IMG/VR virus record: IMGVR_UViG_3300033512_000056
Location: 1 to 41,076 of that record
Reading direction: 5' to 3' (one strand)
DNA from: a virus
Lineage: Duplodnaviria > Caudoviricetes
DNA length: 41,076 bases
The position numbers and the translations under genes are program-made. Below, piece after piece: positions 28,046-37,815 of the stretch. The notes under the pieces are model-generated. The model was not told where the DNA came from, did no database searches, and was given only the letters and a program-made list of their open reading frames with translations. The number at the start of each line of letters is the position of its first letter. The stretch's first letter is position 1.

Positions 28046-29665
28046 ATGGCAACATGGTCTGAATTAAACAAACGAGTTGGTGCAAACGCCCCAGCAGTTA
28101 ATAATAAATCATCATGGGACAGCGTTAATGACGCCGCTATTTCTAGTAACAAATTATATAATTCATATTTTGAAACAGACCAACTAAAAAAGGAATCTGA
28201 CAGACTTAATAGTTTCGGAGGGATTGCTTCTGAAACAATAAAAGGTATTGGTTCTAGAATTGCAAATATTGGAACAGGACTTAAACAGATGTTTACCAAT
28301 CCAAGTGATGAGCAAAGAGCTTATGAGAAACAGTTTATACCTGAGTATGAAAAAGGAAGTTTCTCTCAGATTATAAGTACACCAGGAAGAATCTTGGCAA
28401 AAGGTATTAGCAGGTTCATAAATCCGTCGTTACAACCATTTGCTAGCGATGTTGGACAAATAATTGCTGTAAACGAGAAAGGTGGTATAGCTGATAAAAT
28501 TGCCGCAGGTGAGATTCCTGTAGATTATTTAAATGAGATAGCGGTATTAAGCAAGACTGCTCCACAGATAGTTGGAGATGTCGCCCAAGCAGTATTGGCT
28601 GCATATTCTGGAAGTGCTGCAACTAACCTAGCTAGACAGGGTGCGAAAATGACATTAAGACAGGCTGCCGTAAGTGGTGCCGCAACTGGTATGCAAGTTG
28701 GTGCTGCAACTGGAGTTGCACAAGCAGCATCATCTGGTTCTAAAAACGTATCCGATATTATAAATACAATAACCGATGCCACATTAGCAGGCGGCGTGTT
28801 TGGAACACTTGTTAGTAGTACCGCACCAGCCATAACAAGATACTTTTCAAAATTAAAACAATCCCCTATAAAATTAAAGGTGAAAGGTTCTACAGATGTA
28901 GTAAATATACCAGTAAATACTCCCGCAACAAGATATGCTGCATATTTGAAATCACAGGGATATGAACCATATATTCCTAACAATAAGCTGCCGACAATAG
29001 AAATGGGCACAAAGAGTAAAACAAATCTACCAACCATAGAGTTTGACGGCTCTGGAAATGTCAAGCGGGTTGTTGGTGAATATAAATATGAGCCAGTAAG
29101 CGACATATCTTCTACAAATATAAATAAGGTCAGCTGGAATGAGGCTAATTCGGTTGCCAAATCTACGTTAAGCGACATAAGTAGAACATCACAAAAAATA
29201 CAAAGCCAAGCTGCTAGTCAAGGAATAAGTATTCCTACATCAAAATTATCTAAAATCAGTAGGATGAATATGGCTGATGACGCCGTTAGTGCAAAATCAG
29301 CGATAGCACAGGACAGGGCTGGTGTCCTAGAGGCAATACGAAACAAGACAGATTATAATGGTATTAGACCACAAACCTTATTTAAAGAGATGAAAAATGT
29401 TGCTATTAATGAAGGGAACTTGTCTGATATAATGGAATTAGCCAGCTCAAATATTGGGACTGAAACGGCACAAGCGTTAAAGGCACTGGATGATTCTGGA
29501 AGATTTGATATTGACCCAGTTCGTGCGATACAAGAAATAAAGGAGATTCGTTCAAAAACTAAGGATTTTAATAATGCAAAAAATAAACTCAAGGCTGGTG
29601 TTGATAAGATAGCTAAACCAACTAAACAGTCGTGGAATGAGTTTCTTGATTCAATAACCTGTTAA
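28046..29665 (+). CDS. Putative internal virion/DNA ejection protein
   Basis: Ala/Gly-rich hydrophobic segment GAATGMQVGAATG; gene order. Confidence 0.55.
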   Translation: MATWSELNKRVGANAPAVNNKSSWDSVNDAAISSNKLYNSYFETDQLKKESDRLNSFGGIASETIKGIGSRIANIGTGLKQMFTNPSDEQRAYEKQFIPEYEKGSFSQIISTPGRILAKGISRFINPSLQPFASDVGQIIAVNEKGGIADKIAAGEIPVDYLNEIAVLSKTAPQIVGDVAQAVLAAYSGSAATNLARQGAKMTLRQAAVSGAATGMQVGAATGVAQAASSGSKNVSDIINTITDATLAGGVFGTLVSSTAPAITRYFSKLKQSPIKLKVKGSTDVVNIPVNTPATRYAAYLKSQGYEPYIPNNKLPTIEMGTKSKTNLPTIEFDGSGNVKRVVGEYKYEPVSDISSTNINKVSWNEANSVAKSTLSDISRTSQKIQSQAASQGISIPTSKLSKISRMNMADDAVSAKSAIAQDRAGVLEAIRNKTDYNGIRPQTLFKEMKNVAINEGNLSDIMELASSNIGTETAQALKALDDSGRFDIDPVRAIQEIKEIRSKTKDFNNAKNKLKAGVDKIAKPTKQSWNEFLDSITC

Positions 29666-29667
29666 AT

Positions 29668-31341
29668 ATGAAACTTTGTTTACCAAAATTTGCAGCAGAT
29701 AAATTGAGAACTAGCCTAACATCTAGGGAAATTACGCCTGAAAAACTATCACAAATGACAAGCGACGAGAGACGTTCTGTATTTACAGAAATCGTTGGTA
29801 GTGAAAATGCCAAAAATGTTAATGCTGAATTTGAAAGCAAGTTAATATTGAAGAATCAGCAACAGGGCATGGTTAATTGGGCTAAGAAAGTTCTTGGAAT
29901 GAATAATTCTAAATTACAAGACACACTTTCAAAGGTTAATCGTATGACTGAGATACTACAACCAGCCGACCTTAACATGTTTTTAGATGATTTGGTTGAA
30001 AAGCGGCTTGGTGTTGACTTATCTCCGAATGAAGCTGGAAAACTAGTCGACCTGGCACAAAGAGCTGAATCAGCTAAATCTAATATCTCTCCAGACTCGC
30101 CTATTGGTTCAAAAGAAAGGACTGATTATGGTACAGCTTTAACCATATTTAAAGACTATGTTTCAGAATTAAAGACTTCTGGTCAGAAAAAAACAATAAT
30201 TGAACAGCTAAGAAGTCCTGGAGAACTGATAAATAATGTTGCTGGAACTGCAAAATCAATATTATCATCCCTTGACAACTCGTTCTTTGGTAGACAGGGA
30301 GTGAAAACGCTTTTTACTAATCCAGATATTTGGACAAAAGATTTTATAAAATCATGGGGAGACTTTGCAAAAGAGTTGTTTGGTATAGATGCAACAACCC
30401 CAATTAAGGCTGATGTCTACTCAAGACCAAACGCACTAAACGGAAAGTATGAAGCGACTAAGCTCGCAATAGCACTAACAACAGAGGAGGCATTTCCTTC
30501 TAGTATTCCTGCTAAAATACCAGTTCTAGGAAGACTATTTAAAGCATCAGAATCTGCATATAATGGGGCGGCACTTCGTATGAGAGCAGACTTGATGGAC
30601 AGAATGATTAAAGTAGCAGAAAAATCTGGTATAGATATACTTTCAGATAAGGCACAGGCTGAGAGTTTGGGAAAGTTGGTCAATTCGATGACTGGTCGAG
30701 GCAGTCTTGGCAAATTAGAACCAGTTGCTAACACACTTAATACATATATGTTTTCTCCTAGATTTGTTAAGTCAAATATGGATTTTTTAACTGCACATCT
30801 ACTTGACCCAAAAATTACTCCTTATGTAAAAAGTATTGCAGCAAAGAACCTTGTCAAAACAGCAGCAGGTATTGGCAGTGTATTATTGTTTGCTAAGGCG
30901 ATAAATGACGACAGCGTTAGTCTAGACCCAAGAAGTTCTGACTTCCTAAAAATAAGGGTTGGAGATACAAGATATGATATCACTGGTGGTATGGCTGCTA
31001 TGTTGACGCTCGTTGGAAGAATGGTAACTGGAGAATCCAAAAGTACAAAGACAGGGAAGATAACAGAGTTAGATTCTGATAAATATGGAGCTATGACAAG
31101 ACTTGATGTCCTATATAACTTTCTTGAAGGGAAAGCATCCCCAGCCATGAGCTTAGTTCGTGACTGGATGAAGGGAAGAGATTATTTTGGTGACAAACCA
31201 ACTATTAAGAGTTCGGCAAAAAACATAATTACTCCACTTCCAATTAAAACCTTTAAGGAACTGTTAGATAACCCAGATTCTGCAAACACATTTTGGTCTA
31301 TGGTTCTGAGTGAGGTTGGTGTTGGTGTTAATACATACTAA
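29668..31341 (+). CDS. Putative large ejection protein
   Basis: Helical; C-terminal DPRSSDFLKIRVG..DITGG..G.DYFG domain typical of phage internal proteins. Confidence 0.6.
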   Translation: MKLCLPKFAADKLRTSLTSREITPEKLSQMTSDERRSVFTEIVGSENAKNVNAEFESKLILKNQQQGMVNWAKKVLGMNNSKLQDTLSKVNRMTEILQPADLNMFLDDLVEKRLGVDLSPNEAGKLVDLAQRAESAKSNISPDSPIGSKERTDYGTALTIFKDYVSELKTSGQKKTIIEQLRSPGELINNVAGTAKSILSSLDNSFFGRQGVKTLFTNPDIWTKDFIKSWGDFAKELFGIDATTPIKADVYSRPNALNGKYEATKLAIALTTEEAFPSSIPAKIPVLGRLFKASESAYNGAALRMRADLMDRMIKVAEKSGIDILSDKAQAESLGKLVNSMTGRGSLGKLEPVANTLNTYMFSPRFVKSNMDFLTAHLLDPKITPYVKSIAAKNLVKTAAGIGSVLLFAKAINDDSVSLDPRSSDFLKIRVGDTRYDITGGMAAMLTLVGRMVTGESKSTKTGKITELDSDKYGAMTRLDVLYNFLEGKASPAMSLVRDWMKGRDYFGDKPTIKSSAKNIITPLPIKTFKELLDNPDSANTFWSMVLSEVGVGVNTY

Positions 31342-32175
31342 ATGATAGACGAGCTACGAAAACTCAATAACCCAGAGATAAATGAACTACTTGATAAGTT
31401 GGTTACTCTTGACGACCCTTCTACTATTCTTGACAAACTAAAAGAACTAGAGTCTAATATAAATGAAAAGGTTACACGTGTAACTGAGGATTTTTCTCAT
31501 TACATAGAACAACTTAAAGATGAAATACAAAAGGTCGCAGGTACTATTCCAGATAAAGGTAACGCTGGAGATAAAGGAGATAAAGGAGATAAAGGTGAGC
31601 AAGGTGATGACGGACTTAATGGTCGTGACGGAATAGACGGGCTAGACGGATTAAATGGTGAGAAAGGTGACAAGGGAGATAATGGTGACAAAGGAGAGAA
31701 AGGCGATAAAGGAAACGATGGTTCTCCAGATACTCCAGAACTAATACGAGGTAAACTAGAAACATTAAAGAAAGATGACAGACTTGACATATCTGCTATT
31801 CGTGGTCTTGATGATTATAGTGACCTTGAAGATGATGTAGAATCACTTAAAAAGAAACTAGATAAAATAAAGAAAGATAAGGCTATTATTATTAGTGGTA
31901 GTGCTGGTTCAAGTGGTTCAGATACTTCTATATCCGATGAATTTGAGACTGTATCAAAGAATTTAAAGTCGTATCCATACGCACTAAATTACACTGGCTC
32001 TAGCCTTACATCAATCGTATACACTCTCCCAGGTGGTATAATTACTAAAACGCTCAATTATTCAGGAGATACATTGACATCTATCGTTTTAAGTGGTGAT
32101 ACTCCTAGTGGAATATTGCTTACTAAGACATTAACTTGGTCAGGCGATACATTAACAGCAGTAACATATTTATAA
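31342..32175 (+). CDS. Collagen-like tail fibre protein
   Basis: 19 consecutive G-X-Y triplets (~31558-31728); C-terminal YxGxxLTSIV-like repeats. Confidence 0.85.
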   Translation: MIDELRKLNNPEINELLDKLVTLDDPSTILDKLKELESNINEKVTRVTEDFSHYIEQLKDEIQKVAGTIPDKGNAGDKGDKGDKGEQGDDGLNGRDGIDGLDGLNGEKGDKGDNGDKGEKGDKGNDGSPDTPELIRGKLETLKKDDRLDISAIRGLDDYSDLEDDVESLKKKLDKIKKDKAIIISGSAGSSGSDTSISDEFETVSKNLKSYPYALNYTGSSLTSIVYTLPGGIITKTLNYSGDTLTSIVLSGDTPSGILLTKTLTWSGDTLTAVTYL

Positions 32176-32423
32176 TGATTTTCAAAATAAACAACACAAC
32201 ATACATAAGATTTAACGAAGACACTAAAGTTTCAGAGACTATTGACCTTACAGAACTAGAAGCTCGTAAAGCTGAATTAGAATCAGAACTCAAAGTCAAA
32301 TCAGATGGAGAATTACTAGACTGGGCTAAAGCTAACTACTTCACACCAGAAATGCTTTCTAAAATAGAAAGAGACAGTAAGGAGATAGAAAGAATTGATA
32401 GTTTATTAAATGAAATAAAGTGA
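32175..32423 (+). CDS. Small protein (possible fibre chaperone)
   Basis: TAATG stop/start overlap. Confidence 0.65.
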   Translation: MIFKINNTTYIRFNEDTKVSETIDLTELEARKAELESELKVKSDGELLDWAKANYFTPEMLSKIERDSKEIERIDSLLNEIK

Positions 32424-34969
32424 GCACTAAAATAGTAACAACAAGTAGGAATTGGGCTGACGGAGCTGATACAGTAACCGCCTCTTCCGCATCTGGTGTA
32501 GGTAATGCAACAGTTTCAACAACAAAGAGATACTCTGCTGTTTTCACTGCCCCAAACACAACTAACGCAGCTTTGGGCGTTGTGTGTTTAATGCCTAACA
32601 TATCTGCGGTTAAAAATCTAACACTTACAGTCGCACTACAGGAATACAACGGCTCTACTTGGGTAGATAAGGGAACGGTTGCTGTTAATGAAGCAAATCT
32701 TCCATACGATAATCAGATTTCTACAGGCAATGCTATGACGACATGGTTGTATTTAAAACTAACCACTCCTTACGTATTCACAACTACAACTGCTGGATAT
32801 TATAGATGGTCTTTTGTTTCCACCGCCCCTGGTGTTACATTGAGATACTCGTCAGTTGGTACAACAGAAATCCATTACTTATCTGTTGATAATAGAAATA
32901 CTGCAATCGCAGACACAGACGACTTAATAGTTATCGGAGACTCTGTAACTAACACAAAAGCAACTCTGTCTGTAGCTGGTGATTATTTAATAGGTTCTGC
33001 TAAAAATATGACAGCCGTTCCTTCATATATTTTGTGGGATAACGCTCTTACTGTTGGAAGTCTTGGAGTGGTTAATTTCCCGATAACGATGAATACTTCA
33101 CTTAAAATAAATGGGCACAGAATTATATTAAACGGTGGAGAATGGCATCAAGGAACATCAACAAATCCAGTTCCAGTTACATACACTTCACAATTAATCT
33201 GGAACGGTGGAACAGTTGCCGCCCCAGACCACTCATATCAATATAACTATAGACCAGGAGAAAACATATCTTATTATGGTGCAGAAAAAGAGCAAATAGG
33301 TTGGTATTCATCTGGTACTGGTTCTACAGCTACACCACTTATAACTGCCGAAGCTCATTCAGATTGGGTTGTCGGTGACGAATTATGGATTCCAGGGGCA
33401 GTGTATAACCAGTGGGAAATCAGATACATCAAAACAAAAGTAAACGACACAACGTTCACATTGTCTGCTTCACTAGGTGGTAGCGAAAGTGCATTTGCCA
33501 ATGCTCACACGGTAAATGATTTTATACAGAACCATACTCACAACATTAAGATAATTTCGAATGACGCAGCAATACCTTGGTCAGCAAATGATTTCTTCTT
33601 CTATCCAACAGGTAGTGTATACAGAAACGTAGAATTTAAACATGTTGGTGGAACAACTGCTGCAAGACAAGGATTCTACCCTACAAACTCTGCTAGATAC
33701 ACACTAAATATTTCAAATTGTTCATCTATTCCTAGTGCCTCTGGTTATTATTCATTCTATACATATTCAAATATACAACCAACCGCAAAATTTACGGATA
33801 TAGTTATCGGTATTCCCGCGGCTTTAGCCACATCAAAACCTGTATATGCAAGTAATTATGCTGGTGAACACAAAAGAATTTACGCCATTGGCGGATATGA
33901 AGATTCTCTTTCTCTTGGTGGTAATGGTATTTCATACGAGGATATTTATGTTTATAATGCACAACGAAGGTCTGCAGCAGGAACATATAACTATGCTGGT
34001 TGTACTATTGCTGGAAACAATAACACTTGGACTAATCTTTATGTTCAGGGCTGTAGAGATAACGCATTTTCTATTACAGGATTTAAACAAAGAATAAAGG
34101 ATGGTCACTTTGGAGATATTTATACAAACACACACGACATAAACCCTGGATATATTGGAACATACCAAGAACTTGTTTGCGATAACTGTATATTCGGTTC
34201 AGCTAACTTATGGTCATCAGATAAAGATACATCTGATACTAACTCTATTTACAATAACACAACTGGCTCATATATAACATTTGCTAACATTGGCGGTAAT
34301 CCACTTTACAACATCACATATACACCAACTGGAGATAAGGTAACTTGTGGTGCTGGATTGACTGATACTACAACTAGAACAACGGGTGGCTATCCTTTTA
34401 GATTAAGACCACAAACAGGTACACTATTACATCCATATACACAAGACATTCCAACTGGTAATATCCAAAACAAAGATATGGAAGTTATTTGTTATGTTTA
34501 TATAGCTAATGCAGCTTACTGGGCTGGTACATATCAAATGCCAAGACTTACTGTAACCTATGATAACGGAACAACCACATATGCAGAGGCGGCTAAAATT
34601 GCTGGATTAAGTGGTGGTGCCGGTACAGAACAATGGCAGAAATTATTAGTACCAATTAAACCACTTACAACTTATCCTAAGATTACGGCAACGTTTACTT
34701 GTATGTCGGACGCAACCACAACTAATGGATATGTTTATGTCACAGACTGGTCTACTTTTTACCCTAAGGGAGTACAACTAGACATAGGAAAACAATCAGA
34801 CTATGCAGACGGAAATCCATTAACCCCACCTATCTCAACAGGAATTTCAGTTAATGATGTTAAGGAGGCAGTATTATCAGCAGACCCTACTGATTATGCT
34901 GATGGTACGCTTGGTGACAAGATAGAAAAGATAGATATTAAAACTAACTTAATCGCCGCAACGGTATAA
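32420..34969 (+). CDS. Tailspike/receptor-binding protein with beta-helix
   Basis: 849 aa, T/N/Y-rich, pectin-lyase-like periodic strands; GTGA overlap. Confidence 0.7.
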   Translation: MSTKIVTTSRNWADGADTVTASSASGVGNATVSTTKRYSAVFTAPNTTNAALGVVCLMPNISAVKNLTLTVALQEYNGSTWVDKGTVAVNEANLPYDNQISTGNAMTTWLYLKLTTPYVFTTTTAGYYRWSFVSTAPGVTLRYSSVGTTEIHYLSVDNRNTAIADTDDLIVIGDSVTNTKATLSVAGDYLIGSAKNMTAVPSYILWDNALTVGSLGVVNFPITMNTSLKINGHRIILNGGEWHQGTSTNPVPVTYTSQLIWNGGTVAAPDHSYQYNYRPGENISYYGAEKEQIGWYSSGTGSTATPLITAEAHSDWVVGDELWIPGAVYNQWEIRYIKTKVNDTTFTLSASLGGSESAFANAHTVNDFIQNHTHNIKIISNDAAIPWSANDFFFYPTGSVYRNVEFKHVGGTTAARQGFYPTNSARYTLNISNCSSIPSASGYYSFYTYSNIQPTAKFTDIVIGIPAALATSKPVYASNYAGEHKRIYAIGGYEDSLSLGGNGISYEDIYVYNAQRRSAAGTYNYAGCTIAGNNNTWTNLYVQGCRDNAFSITGFKQRIKDGHFGDIYTNTHDINPGYIGTYQELVCDNCIFGSANLWSSDKDTSDTNSIYNNTTGSYITFANIGGNPLYNITYTPTGDKVTCGAGLTDTTTRTTGGYPFRLRPQTGTLLHPYTQDIPTGNIQNKDMEVICYVYIANAAYWAGTYQMPRLTVTYDNGTTTYAEAAKIAGLSGGAGTEQWQKLLVPIKPLTTYPKITATFTCMSDATTTNGYVYVTDWSTFYPKGVQLDIGKQSDYADGNPLTPPISTGISVNDVKEAVLSADPTDYADGTLGDKIEKIDIKTNLIAATV

Positions 34970-34973
34970 ATTT

Positions 34974-35570
34974 ATGTCAGATAGATGTAAAAAATGCGGA
35001 AGAATTAAAGGGAAAAACGAACATAAATGTACGGATACATCTTGGAATAAAGGTAAAAAATTAACAAAAGAGCATATTGAAAAACTACGATTAGCCAAAC
35101 TTGGGAAAAAACTTTCACCAGAACATAGGGAGAAACTAGCTAAACATCTTCGCTCTTTGGATAATCCATATCGTTTTAAAAAAGGTATGGTTCCTTTCAA
35201 TAAAGGAAAGAGGGGTGTCAGAAAACCGCCACCTAAATATATACCAAAAGGAAGACCCTCAGGTGAAAGACACTATCTTTGGAAAAAAGATAGAACTACT
35301 TTGAAAGATGACCATAAAGATAGGGGCGGTCAATTACACAGAGAGTGGAGCAGGAGTGTAAAAAAGAGAGACTGCTGGAAATGTAGAATAAACAATTCTT
35401 TATGTTCTGGTAAATTAGAAGCACACCATATTTACAGCTGGTCAAAGTTTCCAGAGTTAAGGTATAATATACACAACGGCATTACTCTCTGCCATTACCA
35501 CCACCAAAGAAAAAAAGCCGATGCAGAAAAACTTGCCCCTTTGTTTATCTTTTTATTAAAATTAACATAA
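34974..35570 (+). CDS. NUMOD3-HNH homing endonuclease
   Basis: WNKGKKLTKEH, GKKLSPEHREKL, FKKGMVPFNKG; RDCWKC..LEAHHI..NGITLCHYHH. Confidence 0.9.
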   Translation: MSDRCKKCGRIKGKNEHKCTDTSWNKGKKLTKEHIEKLRLAKLGKKLSPEHREKLAKHLRSLDNPYRFKKGMVPFNKGKRGVRKPPPKYIPKGRPSGERHYLWKKDRTTLKDDHKDRGGQLHREWSRSVKKRDCWKCRINNSLCSGKLEAHHIYSWSKFPELRYNIHNGITLCHYHHQRKKADAEKLAPLFIFLLKLT

Positions 35571-35576
35571 AATACT

Positions 35577-36269
35577 TTGTCAGACACTACGATAACCACA
35601 GTTGTTAATACACCATCCAATGAGATACCAAATCTTACTGGTACTAATCAATGGACTGGAACTAATAAATTCGGAGACGAAACAAACAATACAGAGTTCG
35701 AAGCAGACGGCACAATGAAAGCTAATGGTAGTGCTACTTGTTTCAGAGATGAATTAAATGATTTGATAAAAACTGGTCTATCAAATCCATCAGCACACTT
35801 AGTTCAAGATTTAACAGAGGGCACACTAGATTTTAAAAATAATTGCGACCTGAATGACTGGGCTTTAATGAATGTTCAAATAAATCATGATTGGAAAGCC
35901 GGAAGTGCAGTAGAGCCACATATACATTGGTTTCAAAACGCTTCAGGAACTCCAAACTGGTTAATCCAATATAGATGGCAAAGTTCTTGTCAGGCGAAAA
36001 CAACATCGTGGACTTCTAAAAAATGGACTGCAAGTGCTTGTACTTATGTATCTGGTACAATTCATCAAATAACTTCATTTGGAACTATATCTGCTCCAGT
36101 TGGATATGGTATATCTGATATTCTACAAATAAGATTTATAAGAGATGTAGCAGACACTAGTACGTTATTTGGTGGTGCAGATGCATATTCTGGCGATGCG
36201 GAAGCATTAAGTTCAGATGTTCACATTGAGGTGGACACCCTAGGTTCTCGTGCATTGTATTCAAAATAG
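35577..36269 (+). CDS. Virion protein (tail-associated)
   Basis: TTG start; Q.NHDWK.GS..PHIHW motif; T-rich. Confidence 0.65.
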   Translation: MSDTTITTVVNTPSNEIPNLTGTNQWTGTNKFGDETNNTEFEADGTMKANGSATCFRDELNDLIKTGLSNPSAHLVQDLTEGTLDFKNNCDLNDWALMNVQINHDWKAGSAVEPHIHWFQNASGTPNWLIQYRWQSSCQAKTTSWTSKKWTASACTYVSGTIHQITSFGTISAPVGYGISDILQIRFIRDVADTSTLFGGADAYSGDAEALSSDVHIEVDTLGSRALYSK

Positions 36270-36284
36270 TTGTAGAATTAGACT

Positions 36285-36488
36285 ATGAAAAAGCTATTAC
36301 TATGGCTTACTAATAACGATAAAAGGTCACACCATGAGGTGGAGTTCGACATCTTTTTCTTTATCACAAATACAATAGCCTTACTTATAGGTATTATTGT
36401 TTTAATCTATACTCACGACTACGCATGGATAGCTTTCCTATGGATTGAGTTCACTTGGAGTATAGACAATATGCGACATAATCGTTAA
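36285..36488 (+). CDS. Small membrane protein
   Basis: Two hydrophobic segments. Confidence 0.6.
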   Translation: MKKLLLWLTNNDKRSHHEVEFDIFFFITNTIALLIGIIVLIYTHDYAWIAFLWIEFTWSIDNMRHNR

Positions 36489-36554
36489 TTTGTCAAGTTA
36501 ATAACTTTCTAGCTATTTTTACCAAAGTTGTATAATTATACAAGGAGGTTCTTT

Positions 36555-36785
36555 ATGAAAAAGAAGGTTTTTAACTTTCGGAAATACACGCAAGACCAGA
36601 TTGTAGACGCACTTAATTGTCCGTTGAACAGACACGCAACTCGTGTCGAACACAACTGCGATGATTGGGAATTACACAAACATCCCGAGTGGTTGATTGA
36701 CCACTACATCAAATGTGGTGGTGCTGAATACTGGGCTACTAAACGAGAACAATACGAACAGGAGATTGACGATGAAAAAGTGTAG
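36555..36785 (+). CDS. Hypothetical protein, SD-led
   Basis: TATAAT 36531-36536; AGGAGGT 36543-36549. Confidence 0.7.
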   Translation: MKKKVFNFRKYTQDQIVDALNCPLNRHATRVEHNCDDWELHKHPEWLIDHYIKCGGAEYWATKREQYEQEIDDEKV

Positions 36786-36993
36786 ATACTGCGGTACGAA
36801 ATTAACGCATGGTGGTATCCAAGTTGGTAGGAATTACTTTTGTGATTCCGCTTGTGAAACCATGAACACTGCGTTCGATGAAACGACAAACCAGAGGATT
36901 CGAGATGAGCAGGAAGCAAAGAAAGCTACGACGGAAACTTCGCAGGTCATCACGTTGCCTTTCGGAGGAGTCGTCAAAACCCCACGAGCGTGA
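36772..36993 (+). CDS. Zinc-finger (TRASH/YHS-like) protein, SD-led
   Basis: CRYC..YFCDSAC; AGGAG 36760-36764. Confidence 0.65.
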   Translation: MKKCRYCGTKLTHGGIQVGRNYFCDSACETMNTAFDETTNQRIRDEQEAKKATTETSQVITLPFGGVVKTPRA

Positions 36994-37157
36994 GTAGGTT
37001 GATGGTGTACCTCTCTCAAAAACCAGATGGGCTTTGCGGTATTTTCCCTTATAGAAATACCGACCATTTAATTGGTTAACATATGTTAACTTAATTCATA
37101 GACGACAGCAATGCCGTCTTTTCTTTATATCATTGACAATATGGTAAAATATAGTAA

Positions 37158-37607
37158 ATGATTATATTTCAAGCTCACAATGGAGACAAACCAGTTTCCC
37201 GACTTATTCGGGTTTTTTCGCCTAGATACAACCACATTTCTATAAGAGTTGGTAATACAGTATATGAAGCTCACGCAATTAAAGGTGTTACTAAAACCGC
37301 TTATGGTTCTTGGAAAGATAAGAAAAGCGTTGTTGCTACTATGGGATTTGATGTTACTGCGTCAGTTCAGGCAAGAGTCAAAGAGTTCCTTGAAAGACAA
37401 GTTGGAAAGAAATACGATGGTCATGGAATATTCTCTTTCTTGTGGCAGTATTCAAAACCAGTAAAAGGTAAATGGTATTGTTCGGAACTTGCTATGGCTA
37501 CATTATATAAAATGATAAATGTCAAGTCTAATTCAGAGAACTATAATCAAAAAGTATCTCCTGCAAAATTCTGGGATAAAGTAACCCATTTATATAAGAT
37601 TAATTAA
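37158..37607 (+). CDS. Permuted papain-like amidase (YaeF/YiiX, NlpC/P60)
   Basis: YNHISI..YEA..G.KYD..WYCSELA..SP (His precedes Cys). Confidence 0.85.
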   Translation: MIIFQAHNGDKPVSRLIRVFSPRYNHISIRVGNTVYEAHAIKGVTKTAYGSWKDKKSVVATMGFDVTASVQARVKEFLERQVGKKYDGHGIFSFLWQYSKPVKGKWYCSELAMATLYKMINVKSNSENYNQKVSPAKFWDKVTHLYKIN

Positions 37608-37611
37608 TAAT

Positions 37612-37815
37612 ATGCCTTCCGAAGAAACAAAAATCGCAGTTATGCAAGAACAAATAGTTGGTATCAAAGATACAGTTGAACGTATTGAGCAGAAACTTGA
37701 AAACAAGTATGTATCTAAAGAGGAGTTCGCACCTATTAAAAGATTAGTTTATGGTTGCGTTTCGATAATTCTATCATCTGTTGTTCTGGCAATGGTTGCA
37801 CTTATAATAAAATGA
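37612..37815 (+). CDS. Putative holin
   Basis: N-terminal coil, one C-terminal TM helix, overlaps lysin start. Confidence 0.55.
   Translation: MPSEETKIAVMQEQIVGIKDTVERIEQKLENKYVSKEEFAPIKRLVYGCVSIILSSVVLAMVALIIK

Noticed and set aside
34974-35570. Group I intron around the HNH gene
   Set aside because: Only a few nucleotides flank the ORF, leaving no room for an intron core; neighbouring genes look complete
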